NCBI GenBank assembly: GCA_035699445.1
Contig: DASSPX010000072.1
Location: 1-63,822 of the forward strand
Source of the DNA: Candidatus Limnocylindrales bacterium
GTDB taxonomy: Bacteria; Chloroflexota; Limnocylindria; Limnocylindrales; CSP1-4
Length of the DNA: 63,822 nt
Direction: 5' to 3'
Part shown: positions 52,197 through 61,712 of the stretch, one piece after another
Numbering within the stretch: the first letter of the stretch is position 1
How the letters are laid out: every line of letters starts with the position of its first letter
Position numbers and translations under genes: made by a program
Notes under the pieces: generated by a model
Seen by the model: the letters and a program-made list of their open reading frames with translations, nothing else
What the model was told of the DNA's origin: nothing
Databases searched by the model: none

Positions 52197-52925
52197 ATGC
52201 CGACCCGTCCACTCCGCATCCTCGTCGTCGACGACGACCCCGCGATGGTGGGGGCGATCACCGCGCTCGTCGGGACCGAAGGCCACCAGGTGATCACCGC
52301 GTACGACGGCCTGACCGCCGTGAAGCGCTTCCGCGAGGAGCGCCCGGATCTCGTGCTCCTCGACCTCGCGATGCCCGGACCGGACGGGTTCACCGTCATC
52401 GGCCAGCTGCGGGCCGCCGGCAACGCCCCGGTCGTCGTCGTGTCGGGCGAGAGCGCCGAGGCGGCGAAGGTCCGTGCGCTGGGCATCGGCGCCGACGACT
52501 ACCTCGTGAAGCCGTTCGGGAAGCAGGAGCTGCTGGCGCGGATCGCCGCGGTGATGCGACGGGTGGACGCGGGGTCGTTCGGGTATGGGTCCGCGGTGGA
52601 CACCGGCGCCCCGACCGGGACCCTGACCGCGGGCGAGCTGACCCTCGAGCCCGGGCGCCACGAGGCCCGCGTGGGGGAGCACCAGCTGACGCTCACGCCC
52701 ACGGAGTTCCGGCTGCTCGAGGCCCTGGTCCGGGCGAACGGGGATCTCGTCGCGCATCACCGGCTCGCCCGGGCGGGCTGGCCGGCGGAGCCGGATCCCG
52801 ACCTGCTGTGGCTGAAGCCGCATCTCGCCCGCCTGCGGGGGAAGCTCGAGGCGGTCGGCGGGCCCTCCATCGTGGCGGTGCGCTCGGTGGGCTACCGGAT
52901 CCAGGTGGGCGAGCCGGTCGCCTGA
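52197..52925 (+). CDS. OmpR/KdpE-family response regulator
   Basis: LVVDDD, LLDLAMPG, GADDYLVKPF, LTPTEFRLL, VRSVGYR. Confidence 0.93.
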   Translation: MPTRPLRILVVDDDPAMVGAITALVGTEGHQVITAYDGLTAVKRFREERPDLVLLDLAMPGPDGFTVIGQLRAAGNAPVVVVSGESAEAAKVRALGIGADDYLVKPFGKQELLARIAAVMRRVDAGSFGYGSAVDTGAPTGTLTAGELTLEPGRHEARVGEHQLTLTPTEFRLLEALVRANGDLVAHHRLARAGWPAEPDPDLLWLKPHLARLRGKLEAVGGPSIVAVRSVGYRIQVGEPVA

Positions 52926-53098
52926 GGGGACGGGCGGGGCGGCACGTGGCACGACCCGGTCGGTATTCCCAGCGGGCATCAACCGTGGGCAGAGCGCGCA
53001 TGGACCGGTCCTGAATCGGTCGACCTGGGCGCCGATCCACGAGCGCTCCCTGCGGATCTGATGCCCGGCGAGCATCGCGGGCGCGCGAGGCGCGGCCC

Positions 53099-53749
53099 TC
53101 ACCCCGGCGGGACCACCTCCACGAGCACCGATCCCGTCACGTTCGCGAGCGTCGTCGGCCCGACCTGGCAGCGCCAGTCCGGAACGGACGCCACCGTCGT
53201 GTGGCCGTGGAGCCACAACGGGGGCTGCAACCGCCCGAGCAGCCACCGGTACGCGTCCTCGCCGTGATGGTACCGATCGGGCCCGTCGCCGGCCCCGCGC
53301 GGTGGAACGTGGCTCGTCACCAGGACGGGCCGCGGCCGCAGCAGCATCCGCGGCCCGACGCGCAGGAGCTGCCACCACGCCCCCCGGTCGTTCCGCCGTG
53401 CGCCCTCGTGCGCCCACGACAACCCCAGGATCGGCAGGGGGAAGCGCTTCTCGACCCGTCCGTCGAGCGCAGCCGGGAGGTGCCGGTACGCCTCCGCCCG
53501 GGGTCGGTCGTGGTTGCCGAGCACGTACACGAGGGGGGCATGGAATGCGTCGCCCAGGAACGCGAGCCAGTCCGGATCCAGGTCGCCGGCGCCGATCACG
53601 CCGTCGAGCGCCCCGAGCCGCTCACGATTGCGCGCGTGCTCGAGCGTGGGATCGGTCTCGTCCGACACCGCCAGCAGGCGGATCGGCCGTCCTCCGCGCC
53701 GCTGGAACGGCCGCGCCTCCGGCCACTCGACGCGCAGGGTCCGGGTCAT
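53099..53749 (-). CDS. Calcineurin-like metallophosphoesterase
   Basis: AVSDE, GAGDL, VLGNHD, TSHVPP, LHGHT; ATGA overlap with upstream ParB-like gene. Confidence 0.88.
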   Translation of the reverse strand: MTRTLRVEWPEARPFQRRGGRPIRLLAVSDETDPTLEHARNRERLGALDGVIGAGDLDPDWLAFLGDAFHAPLVYVLGNHDRPRAEAYRHLPAALDGRVEKRFPLPILGLSWAHEGARRNDRGAWWQLLRVGPRMLLRPRPVLVTSHVPPRGAGDGPDRYHHGEDAYRWLLGRLQPPLWLHGHTTVASVPDWRCQVGPTTLANVTGSVLVEVVPPG

Positions 53750-54528
53750 GTCCCATGGACGTCGGGCGCGCTCACTGCCCCCGACTCGCCGGCACGCAGG
53801 CGCGCCTGCTCCTCGACGGCCTCCTCGAGGTCCTCCGCGGTCACGACCTCGCCGGTCGTCGGTGTGAACCGGCCCTCCCCGGCCGCCCGCAGGTCCCGTC
53901 CAGCCTCGAGCATGGGCGCGAGCGACGCGGGCGCCTCCGTGGAGTGGGCCCCCGCCCCGCGCAGCTCGGTCACCGTCGCGTCGATCTCGACCTGCCCGTT
54001 GTAGAGCGCGGCGGCCACCCGATTGTGACCGTCCTCCACCCAGTAGCGACCGTCGTAGCGCAGCACGTCGATCGGCGGCAGGATCGCCAGCCGGCGCATC
54101 GCGCGCTGGATGGCCTGGAAGCGGTACGCCCAGTTCGAGCTGCGGAAGGCCGGTAGGGGGAGGAAGTCGCTGCCGCGCTGCGCGACCCCGGCCACGGCCG
54201 TCCCGGCGATCTCGTCGAGCGGGACCGAGCGGAGGCCCAGCTCGCGGCGGGCGAGGTTCCGGGCTTCCGGGTGCAGCTCGAACAGGTTCGGGAGCGGCAC
54301 CCGGTTGCGGCGGCGCAGGCGTGCATGGCGCCGCGCTTCCCGGGCGCTCCAGCGCCGACGCGCACCCGCAAGGACTCCGTCCACGACGTCCGCCACTCGA
54401 CCGGCAACGGTCGCGACCAGCACCCCGGCGCGCCAAGCGAGGCCGCCGGCCGTGCGCGCCAGACCCTGTGCCGTGCCGATCCCGGCAGCCGCGACGATCC
54501 GGATCCGGGACGTGGGGGATTGCTCCAT
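53746..54528 (-). CDS. ParB/Srx-like N-terminal-domain protein
   Basis: VPLDEIAGT, LPPIDV, YWVEDGHNRVAAA, IDATVTE; no HTH seen. Confidence 0.8.
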   Translation of the reverse strand: MEQSPTSRIRIVAAAGIGTAQGLARTAGGLAWRAGVLVATVAGRVADVVDGVLAGARRRWSAREARRHARLRRRNRVPLPNLFELHPEARNLARRELGLRSVPLDEIAGTAVAGVAQRGSDFLPLPAFRSSNWAYRFQAIQRAMRRLAILPPIDVLRYDGRYWVEDGHNRVAAALYNGQVEIDATVTELRGAGAHSTEAPASLAPMLEAGRDLRAAGEGRFTPTTGEVVTAEDLEEAVEEQARLRAGESGAVSAPDVHGT

Positions 54529-54741
54529 GTCTGTGACCCAAACCTAGCACCGGGGCGCACGCGCGCGGCTGGCAGCCGATATCGGGCCGAACCGGCAGGC
54601 AACCAACCTGCAACGGAACTTCAACTCGGCGCGAGGCCGCTGACGGTGCGTTCGTGCGAACGATGCGCGTATCCCTCGACCCAGGCCCCCGGTCCCCCGG
54701 ATGGCGTTCGTTCGACTTGTGCGAGCGAAGTGGAGGAGAGC

Positions 54742-56052
54742 ATGCGACGTACCCTGCTGGCCCTGTGGGTCACCGCTTCCCTTGTCATCGCGGCGTGCGC
54801 CGGCGGTGACGGCGCCACCACGGCGCCCGAATCGGAGCCGGCCGGATCCCCGGGGACGTCGCCCGCGGCCTCGCCCGGCGAGACCGCCGGCGGTGGTGGC
54901 GGGTTCGACCCGGCGTCGATCACCGGGACGGCAACCCTCGGCCAGTGGGAGTCCTCGCCCTCGGAGCGCGATGCGCTCACGAGCGCGCTCGAGGAGTTCG
55001 CGGCGGCCTACCCGAACGTGACCGTGGAGCAGGAGACGGTCGCGGGTGACTACCGGGCGCAGATGATCACGCGCTTCGGCGCCGGCAACCCGCCCGACCT
55101 GTTCTACGTGAACGCGGAGTACGCAAAGGACTGGATCGACGAGGGCTTCCTCCTGCCGCTCGACGACTACATCGCCCAGCAGGGCTTCGACACGAGCGCG
55201 TACTTCGAGGACTACCTGAACATCTTCAAGGGCGACGACGGCAAGATCTACGGCCTGCCGAAGGACGGCAACACGATCGCGATGGCCTACAACACCGATC
55301 TCGTCCAGACGCCGCCCGCGACGATCGACGAGCTCGTCAGCCTGGCTGAGAGCCTGAAGGGCCAGGGCAACCTGAAGGCACCGCTGTGTCTCAATCCGGG
55401 TCTCGATCGCGGGCTCGCGTTCCTGTACGCGCAGGGCGGCTCGCTCCTGAGCGAGGACAACAGCGCGAGCCAGATCACGACCCCCGAATCGACCGCCGCC
55501 ATCCAGTGGTACATGGACCTGTTCAAGAACGGGCTGGGGATGACCGCCGCGGACATGGGCGACGGCTGGTGCGGCGAGGCCCTCGGCAAGGGCGACGCCG
55601 CGATCGTGTTCGAGGGCGGCTGGCTGGTCGGGTTCATGAAGGACTCGTTCCCGGACACGCCCTATGCGCTCGCGGAGATGCCGGTCGGCAGCAGCGGCGA
55701 GAAGGTCACGATCAGCTACACCGCGGCCTACGGGATCGGGGTCGACAGCGCGAACCCCGACCCCGCCTGGGTCGTCGCGCAGTACCTCGCCGGACCGGAA
55801 GGGATGGCGGCGTGGACCGGTGGCGGCATCGCCGTCCCGTCGCGCTCGGACGTGCCCGTCCCGGAGGGCTTCGACGCGATCGTCGCGGGGGCCGAGTATT
55901 CGCGCCCGGGCTCCGGGTTCATCCGCGGCTACAACGACGTCCAGAAGGCGTTCCAGGACGCGTTCACGCTCGAGATCCAGAACCAGTCGTTCTCGGCCGA
56001 CCCGGTGGTCGCCGCGACCGACGCCGCGATCCAGTCGGCGCTCTCGAGGTAG
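54742..56052 (+). CDS. Carbohydrate ABC substrate-binding lipoprotein (CUT1)
   Basis: SD GGAGGAG; lipobox VIAAC; PDLFYV, YGLPKD, YNTDL, EGGW. Confidence 0.9.
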   Translation: MRRTLLALWVTASLVIAACAGGDGATTAPESEPAGSPGTSPAASPGETAGGGGGFDPASITGTATLGQWESSPSERDALTSALEEFAAAYPNVTVEQETVAGDYRAQMITRFGAGNPPDLFYVNAEYAKDWIDEGFLLPLDDYIAQQGFDTSAYFEDYLNIFKGDDGKIYGLPKDGNTIAMAYNTDLVQTPPATIDELVSLAESLKGQGNLKAPLCLNPGLDRGLAFLYAQGGSLLSEDNSASQITTPESTAAIQWYMDLFKNGLGMTAADMGDGWCGEALGKGDAAIVFEGGWLVGFMKDSFPDTPYALAEMPVGSSGEKVTISYTAAYGIGVDSANPDPAWVVAQYLAGPEGMAAWTGGGIAVPSRSDVPVPEGFDAIVAGAEYSRPGSGFIRGYNDVQKAFQDAFTLEIQNQSFSADPVVAATDAAIQSALSR

Positions 56053-56073
56053 CCGACCGCCACGGAGACCCGC

Positions 56074-56099
56074 GCGGCCCGGTCGCCTGACCGGGCCGC
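56074..56099 (+). other. Intercistronic stem-loop after the SBP gene
   Basis: gcggcccggtc-gcct-gaccgggccgc, perfect 11 bp. Confidence 0.75.
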
Positions 56100-56108
56100 A
56101 CAGTCCGG

Positions 56109-57068
56109 ATGACCCGGGGAGGGACGATGGCCGCAGCGCGACGGGTCCAGCCGCCGCCGCGGATCGGGGCGCGCCAGGAGGCGATCGCGGGCTACGCGCT
56201 CATCGCGATCCCGATGGCGCTGTTCCTCGTGCTGAACATCGGATCGTTCCTGTTCGCGGGCTACATCTCGGTCTTCGACTGGCACATCCGGCGCGGTCCG
56301 GAGGAGTTTCTCGGGATCGCGAACTTCCAGCGCGCCCTCGGCGATCCGCAGTTCCAGACGGCGATCCGCAACAGCGTCTACTACACCGTGATCTGGGTGC
56401 CGCTGACGATGGCCGTCGGCCTGTTCCTCGCCGTGGTCGTGAACCAGAAGATCCGGGGCCAGACGTTCTTCCGGGCGGCCTTCTACTTCCCCGCGATCGC
56501 CAGCTCGGCCGCGATCACCACGGTGTGGATCTTCCTCATGGCCCCCGACGGCCTGTTCAACGAGGTCCGCACCGCCGCCGGCCTGAACCCGTTGTTCCAG
56601 GCGCTGGGCTACGGGCCGAACCACAACTGGATCGGCGACCACCGGACGGCCATGAACACCGTCATCGCGCTCAACGTGTGGACCACGTCGGGGACGTTCA
56701 TGCTGTTCTACCTCGCTTCGCTCCAGTCGATCAGCAAGGAGGTCTACGAGGCAGCCGCGATCGACGGCGCCGACCAGTGGCAGGCGTTCTGGCGGATCAC
56801 GTTCCCGCTGCTGCGACCGGGCCACTTCTTCGTCGCGACGGTCGGCCTGATCGGCGGCCTGCAGCTGTTCGACCAGGCGGTGTTCGCCGGCGGACCGAAC
56901 GGGGATCCGGCCAACGCCCTCATGACCGTCGTCCTGTACCTGTACAACGCGATGTTCATCCAGATCGATCCCGGCTACGCCGCGGCGATCGGGATCGTCC
57001 TGTTCGTGCTGATCATGAGCGGCACGCTCATCCAGCGGCGCCTGTTCGGCGAGTCCCCGGCGTGGTGA
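56109..57068 (+). CDS. Carbohydrate ABC permease
   Basis: EAA loop YEAAAIDGA, TFPLLRP; start 56109 or 56127. Confidence 0.92.
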   Translation: MTRGGTMAAARRVQPPPRIGARQEAIAGYALIAIPMALFLVLNIGSFLFAGYISVFDWHIRRGPEEFLGIANFQRALGDPQFQTAIRNSVYYTVIWVPLTMAVGLFLAVVVNQKIRGQTFFRAAFYFPAIASSAAITTVWIFLMAPDGLFNEVRTAAGLNPLFQALGYGPNHNWIGDHRTAMNTVIALNVWTTSGTFMLFYLASLQSISKEVYEAAAIDGADQWQAFWRITFPLLRPGHFFVATVGLIGGLQLFDQAVFAGGPNGDPANALMTVVLYLYNAMFIQIDPGYAAAIGIVLFVLIMSGTLIQRRLFGESPAW

Positions 57069-57072
57069 CGCC

Positions 57073-57972
57073 GTGACGGTCGGGACGACGGCCACGCCCC
57101 GTGTGGACACGCCGGCCGAGGTCGCGCCGGTCGGCGACCGTGGCCGCGTGTGGCGCCGGCGCCTCGCCTACGTGGTCCTCATCGCGTACGCGCTGCTGAT
57201 GATGGTCCCGTTCGCGTGGACCCTGATCACGTCGTTCAAGACGCTGCCGGATTCCTTCCGCCCGACGATCATTCCCGATCCGTTCACGCTGCAGGCGTGG
57301 GAGTACGCGTTCAACACCCTCGAGCCGTCGATCGTGCGCCTGCTCGCGAACACGCTCGGGCTGGCGGCCGCGGTCACGGTGAGCAACCTGCTCCTCGGGA
57401 GCTTCGCGGGCTACGCCTTCGCCCGCCTTCGATTCCCCGGCCGCGAGCTCCTGTTCATCGTCGTGCTCGCCACGCTGATGATCCCCGACCAGCTCCGCCT
57501 CGTGCCGATCTACGTCCTGTTCAGCCAGGCGGGACTCACCCAGGGCGTGCTGCAGTACGTCGCCGTCTGGCTCCTGCTCGCCATCTCCGCGACGAGCATC
57601 TTCCTGCTCCGCCAGTACTTCCTCACGATCCCGCGCGACCTCGAGGAGGCGGCCCGGATCGACGGGGCCGGGTTCTTCACGACATTCTGGCGGGTGATGC
57701 TGCCGCTGGCATCACCGGCGCTCGCCGCCGTCGCGGTCCTGCAGTTCCAGGGGACGTGGAACGCGTTCTTCTGGCCGGTGGTGTTCCTTCGCGACGACAA
57801 CGCGACGCTTCCATTGAGCCTGTACCTGTTCCGCCAGTCGGGCGGCTTCGGGACGAACTGGCCACCGCTCATGGCGGTCGTCGTGCTGGCGACCGTCCCC
57901 ATCCTCGTCCTGTACGTCTTCTTCCAGCGATACTTCGTCGAGGGGGTCGCTGCGTCGGGAGTCAAGGGCTGA
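57073..57972 (+). CDS. Carbohydrate ABC permease
   Basis: LEEAARIDGA, WNAFFWP, QRYFVEG. Confidence 0.92.
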   Translation: MTVGTTATPRVDTPAEVAPVGDRGRVWRRRLAYVVLIAYALLMMVPFAWTLITSFKTLPDSFRPTIIPDPFTLQAWEYAFNTLEPSIVRLLANTLGLAAAVTVSNLLLGSFAGYAFARLRFPGRELLFIVVLATLMIPDQLRLVPIYVLFSQAGLTQGVLQYVAVWLLLAISATSIFLLRQYFLTIPRDLEEAARIDGAGFFTTFWRVMLPLASPALAAVAVLQFQGTWNAFFWPVVFLRDDNATLPLSLYLFRQSGGFGTNWPPLMAVVVLATVPILVLYVFFQRYFVEGVAASGVKG

Positions 57973-57973
57973 G

Positions 57974-58702
57974 GTGACCGCGATCGCCGCGATCGAGCTG
58001 CCGAACGCGCCCACGCTGCGGGGTGCGATCCGCGCGGGCGCGAGCGACCTGTTCTACCACTCGATCCGGGTCGTGCCGGCGAATGTCGTCGTCGGCATCG
58101 GCCTCATCGTCGCCGCCCTCGCCTGGGTCCGCGTTGGCCCTCTGCCCGCGCTCCTCGTGGTCGCCCTGCTGGGGGTGCCGCTGTCCGGCCTCGCGCAGCT
58201 GGGCGCAAACGCGACCCGCGGGCGCGACGTGAACCTGTCGGATGTCCTCGATCCGGTCCGCGGCCGGCCGGTGGCCGTGCTCGCGGCAGGTGCGGGGTTC
58301 ACGCTGGCGGCCTTCGTCCTCGCCGTCAACGTCGCCTCGGGGGTGCTCACCGGGAACGTCGTCGCGTTCGCGCTCGGCACGCTGGCCGGCTGGGGACTGC
58401 TCGGGCTGTTCGCCGTGGGATATGCGTTCTGGCCGCTGCTCGTGGATCCGGAGCGTGCGGGGCGGCCCGCCCTCGAGGCGCTCCGGCTCGCCGGCCTGCT
58501 CCTGCTCGCCCATCCCGTGCGCATGGTGGTGCTGGCCCTGCTGCTGACGGGCGTCCTCCTCGTGAGCACGATCCTGTTCGCATCGCTGCTCACGGTGAGC
58601 GTCGGGTTCGTGCTCCTCGTCGCGGCGCGGTTCGTCCTGCCCGCGGCGGATCGTCTGGAGGCGGCCCTCGGACGAATGCCGACGGACGTGAACGTCTCCT
58701 GA
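57974..58702 (+). CDS. Integral membrane protein (YesL/DUF624-like accessory of sugar ABC operons)
   Basis: Several TM helices, directly after second permease; family call by context. Confidence 0.6.
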   Translation: MTAIAAIELPNAPTLRGAIRAGASDLFYHSIRVVPANVVVGIGLIVAALAWVRVGPLPALLVVALLGVPLSGLAQLGANATRGRDVNLSDVLDPVRGRPVAVLAAGAGFTLAAFVLAVNVASGVLTGNVVAFALGTLAGWGLLGLFAVGYAFWPLLVDPERAGRPALEALRLAGLLLLAHPVRMVVLALLLTGVLLVSTILFASLLTVSVGFVLLVAARFVLPAADRLEAALGRMPTDVNVS

Positions 58703-58759
58703 CGGGCAGGCGACCGGCCGCTCCCGGCACGAACCGTCCGCGCGGGCCACCATCGATTC

Positions 58760-60259
58760 ATGCCCGAGCTTCTGATCGCCGGCCTGATCCCCGATCTCGC
58801 GGCGCCGGACTACCGGCTCGCGCGGTTCCTGCTCGAGCGCGGCCTGGCGGTGATCTACCTCATCGGCTTCGTCGTCGCGTTCCGGCAGTTCCCCGCGCTC
58901 GCGGGCGAGCGCGGCCTGACGCCGGCGACCCGGATCGTCGAGCGCGTGCCGTTCCGGCGGGCCCCGAGCCTGTTCCACCTCGTCGGATATTCCGATGCGA
59001 CGCTGCGCGCGGTGGCCGCCGTCGGGGCTGTCGTCGCCGTGCTGTGCCTGGTCGGGATCCCGCAGCAGCTCCCGTTGCCCGTCACGATGGCGACCTGGTT
59101 CGTGCTCTGGGCGCTCTACCAGTCGATCGTGAACGTGGGCGGCGCGTGGTACGGCTTCGGCTGGGAATCGCTCCTGCTCGAGGCGGGCTTCCTCGCGGTG
59201 TTCCTCGGCAACCACGAGACCGACCCGCCGTGGCTGCTCATCCTCGCGTTCCGCTGGCTCGCGTTCCGGGTGGAGTTCGGCGCCGGACTGATCAAGCTCC
59301 GCGGCGACGCGTGCTGGCGCCGGCTGACGTGCATGGAGTACCACCACGAGACGCAGCCGCTGCCGAACCCGGTCTCGTGGTTCGCCCATCGGGCGCCGCG
59401 CTGGTATCACCGGCTCGAGGCGGCGGGCAACTTCGCGGCGCAGCTCCTCCTGCCGTTCGGGCTGTTCCTGCCGCAGCCGTTCGCGTCGGTTGCAGCGGTG
59501 CTGATGATCGCGACCCAGCTCTACCTCGTGGTCACGGGCAACTACGCGTGGCTGAACTGGATCACGATCGTCATCCTCGTGGCGGCCATCGCCGACCCCG
59601 TGGCCGCAGCCGTCCTGCCGCCGGACGTGCTCGCCGCGCTCGCGGGCGTCGGCGCGCCCGCGCTCGGGCTGCCCGCCTGGTTCGCGATGGTCACGCTCCT
59701 GCTCGCCGTGCTCGTGGCGTACCTGTCGTGGTGGCCGGTGCGGAACATGGCCAGCCCGCGCCAGGCGATGAACGCCTCGTTCAACCCGTTCCACCTCGTG
59801 AACACGTACGGGGCGTTCGGGAGCGTGACCCGGGAGCGGTACGAGCTGGTCGTCGAGGGCACGCTGGCCGACCGTCCGGACGACGACGCCGAGTGGCGCG
59901 AGTACCGCTTCAAGGCGAAGCCGGGCGATCCCCGGCGGATGCCCCCGCAGGTGGCGCCGTACCACCTCCGGCTCGACTGGCTGCTGTGGTTCATCCCGCT
60001 CTCGCCCTCGTACGCGGGCAACTGGTTCGCGCCGTTCCTGGCTCGACTGCTGGCGGGCGACCGGGCGATCCTTCGCCTCATGGGCCCGAACCCGTTCCCC
60101 GACCAGCCGCCGCGCTGGATCCGCGTCCGGCTGTTCCGCTACGAGTTCACGACGTGGGCCGAGCTGCGCGCGACCGGGGCCTGGTGGCGGCGGCGCCCGG
60201 CGGGTACGTTCGTGCCGCCGATCGCGCTCGACGACGTCGTCGGGGTCGACGAGCTGTGA
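58760..60259 (+). CDS. Lipase maturation factor (LMF) family membrane protein
   Basis: WYGFGWESLLLEAGFL, GAGLIKLRGD.CW, YHHETQPLPNP, YGAFGS, RLDWLLWF. Confidence 0.9.
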   Translation: MPELLIAGLIPDLAAPDYRLARFLLERGLAVIYLIGFVVAFRQFPALAGERGLTPATRIVERVPFRRAPSLFHLVGYSDATLRAVAAVGAVVAVLCLVGIPQQLPLPVTMATWFVLWALYQSIVNVGGAWYGFGWESLLLEAGFLAVFLGNHETDPPWLLILAFRWLAFRVEFGAGLIKLRGDACWRRLTCMEYHHETQPLPNPVSWFAHRAPRWYHRLEAAGNFAAQLLLPFGLFLPQPFASVAAVLMIATQLYLVVTGNYAWLNWITIVILVAAIADPVAAAVLPPDVLAALAGVGAPALGLPAWFAMVTLLLAVLVAYLSWWPVRNMASPRQAMNASFNPFHLVNTYGAFGSVTRERYELVVEGTLADRPDDDAEWREYRFKAKPGDPRRMPPQVAPYHLRLDWLLWFIPLSPSYAGNWFAPFLARLLAGDRAILRLMGPNPFPDQPPRWIRVRLFRYEFTTWAELRATGAWWRRRPAGTFVPPIALDDVVGVDEL

Positions 60260-61686
60260 GCCGGGTCGATGCGATCGTCGTGGGGGCGGGCCCGAACGGC
60301 CTGGCAGCGGCGATCGAGCTGGCGCGGGCGGGCCGGTCGGTCCACGTGATCGAGGGCGCGCCGACGGTCGGCGGCGGCGTCCGATCCGCCGAGCTCATGG
60401 TCCCCGGCGTCATCCACGACGTGTGCAGCGCGATCTACCCGTTCGGGCGCACGTCGCCGTTCTTCGCCGGGGTGGGCGAGGCCCTCGCTGGCCACGGGCT
60501 GCGCTGGATCGAGCCGCCGGCCGCGATCGCCCACCCCCTCGACGACGGGCCCGCCGTCATGCTCGCCCGGGATGTCGCGGTGACGGCGGCCGGGCTGGGC
60601 CCGGATGCGCGCGCCTACGAGGCGCTCCTGGGGCCGATCGTGCGCGCCTGGGGTGCGCTCTCACCGCATCTGCTGGCGCCGTTCCACGTCCCGCTCGCCC
60701 CGCTCGATGCGCTCCGGCTCGCGCGGTTCGGCTGGCCGGCGATCCAGTCGGCGGCCGCGGTCGCGCGTCGCTTCCGGGGCGATCGGGCTCGCGCGCTGTT
60801 CGCCGGGGCGGCTGCGCACTCGCAGATCGGGCTGACCGAGCCGACGAGCGCGGCGGCGGGGCTGGTGATGCTGGCCTCCGCGCATCACGATGGATGGCCG
60901 CTCCCGGCCGGCGGCGCGAGCCGGATCCCGGAGGCGATGGCCGACGAGCTCCGGGCCCTGGGCGGGACGATCGAGACGGGACGGATGGTCCGGCGGGTCG
61001 AGGAGCTGCCGGCGCACCGGGTGGCGCTGCTCGACCTCACGCCGCGCCAGGTGCTCGAGGTGGCGCCCGATCGCTTCCGCGGCCGCTACCGGCGTGCGCT
61101 CGAGCGCTTCCGCTACGGCCCGGGGGCATTCAAGGTGGATCTCGTCCTCGACGGGCCGATCCCGTGGCGCGATCCCGACGTGGGGCGGGCGGGAACCGTG
61201 CACGTCGGCGGGACGTTCGAGGAGATCGCGCGCGCCGAGGGCGTCGTGGCGGCGGGACGGATCCCGGAACGGCCGTTCGTGCTCGTCGCCCAGTCGTCGC
61301 TGTTCGATCCGTCACGGGCGCCGGAGGGCCACCACACGGTGTGGGCGTACTGCCATGTGCCGAACGGATCTCCGGTCGACATGACCGAGCCGATCCTGCG
61401 CCAGGTGGAGCGGTTCGCGCCGGGGTTCCGGGACCGGATCGTGGCCAGCCGGTCGAACGGACCCGCGGACCTCGAGGCGTACAACCCGAACGACGTCGGG
61501 GGCGACATCGCGGGCGGGCGGATGGACCTGGGTCAGCTGTTCACGCGGCCGGCGGCGCGGCTCGACCCGTACTCCACGCCCGACCCGTCACTGTTCCTGT
61601 GCTCGGCGTCGACGCCGCCGGGCGGCGGGGTGCACGGGATGTGCGGCTGGCACGCCGCGCGTTCGGCGCTGCGACGCCTCCGGTAG
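60256..61686 (+). CDS. Phytoene-dehydrogenase-like FAD oxidoreductase
   Basis: VVGAGPNGLAAA, HDVCSA, GGDIAGG, CSASTPPGGGVHGMCG. Confidence 0.9.
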   Translation: MSRVDAIVVGAGPNGLAAAIELARAGRSVHVIEGAPTVGGGVRSAELMVPGVIHDVCSAIYPFGRTSPFFAGVGEALAGHGLRWIEPPAAIAHPLDDGPAVMLARDVAVTAAGLGPDARAYEALLGPIVRAWGALSPHLLAPFHVPLAPLDALRLARFGWPAIQSAAAVARRFRGDRARALFAGAAAHSQIGLTEPTSAAAGLVMLASAHHDGWPLPAGGASRIPEAMADELRALGGTIETGRMVRRVEELPAHRVALLDLTPRQVLEVAPDRFRGRYRRALERFRYGPGAFKVDLVLDGPIPWRDPDVGRAGTVHVGGTFEEIARAEGVVAAGRIPERPFVLVAQSSLFDPSRAPEGHHTVWAYCHVPNGSPVDMTEPILRQVERFAPGFRDRIVASRSNGPADLEAYNPNDVGGDIAGGRMDLGQLFTRPAARLDPYSTPDPSLFLCSASTPPGGGVHGMCGWHAARSALRRLR

Positions 61687-61712
61687 GGAGAGCGGCGGAA
61701 GGGCGCGAGCCC

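Noticed and set aside
50866-52925. KdpD/KdpE assignment and a c-di-AMP link to dacA
   Set aside because: Kinase lacks the KdpD N-terminal, USP and TM domains; no kdpFABC nearby
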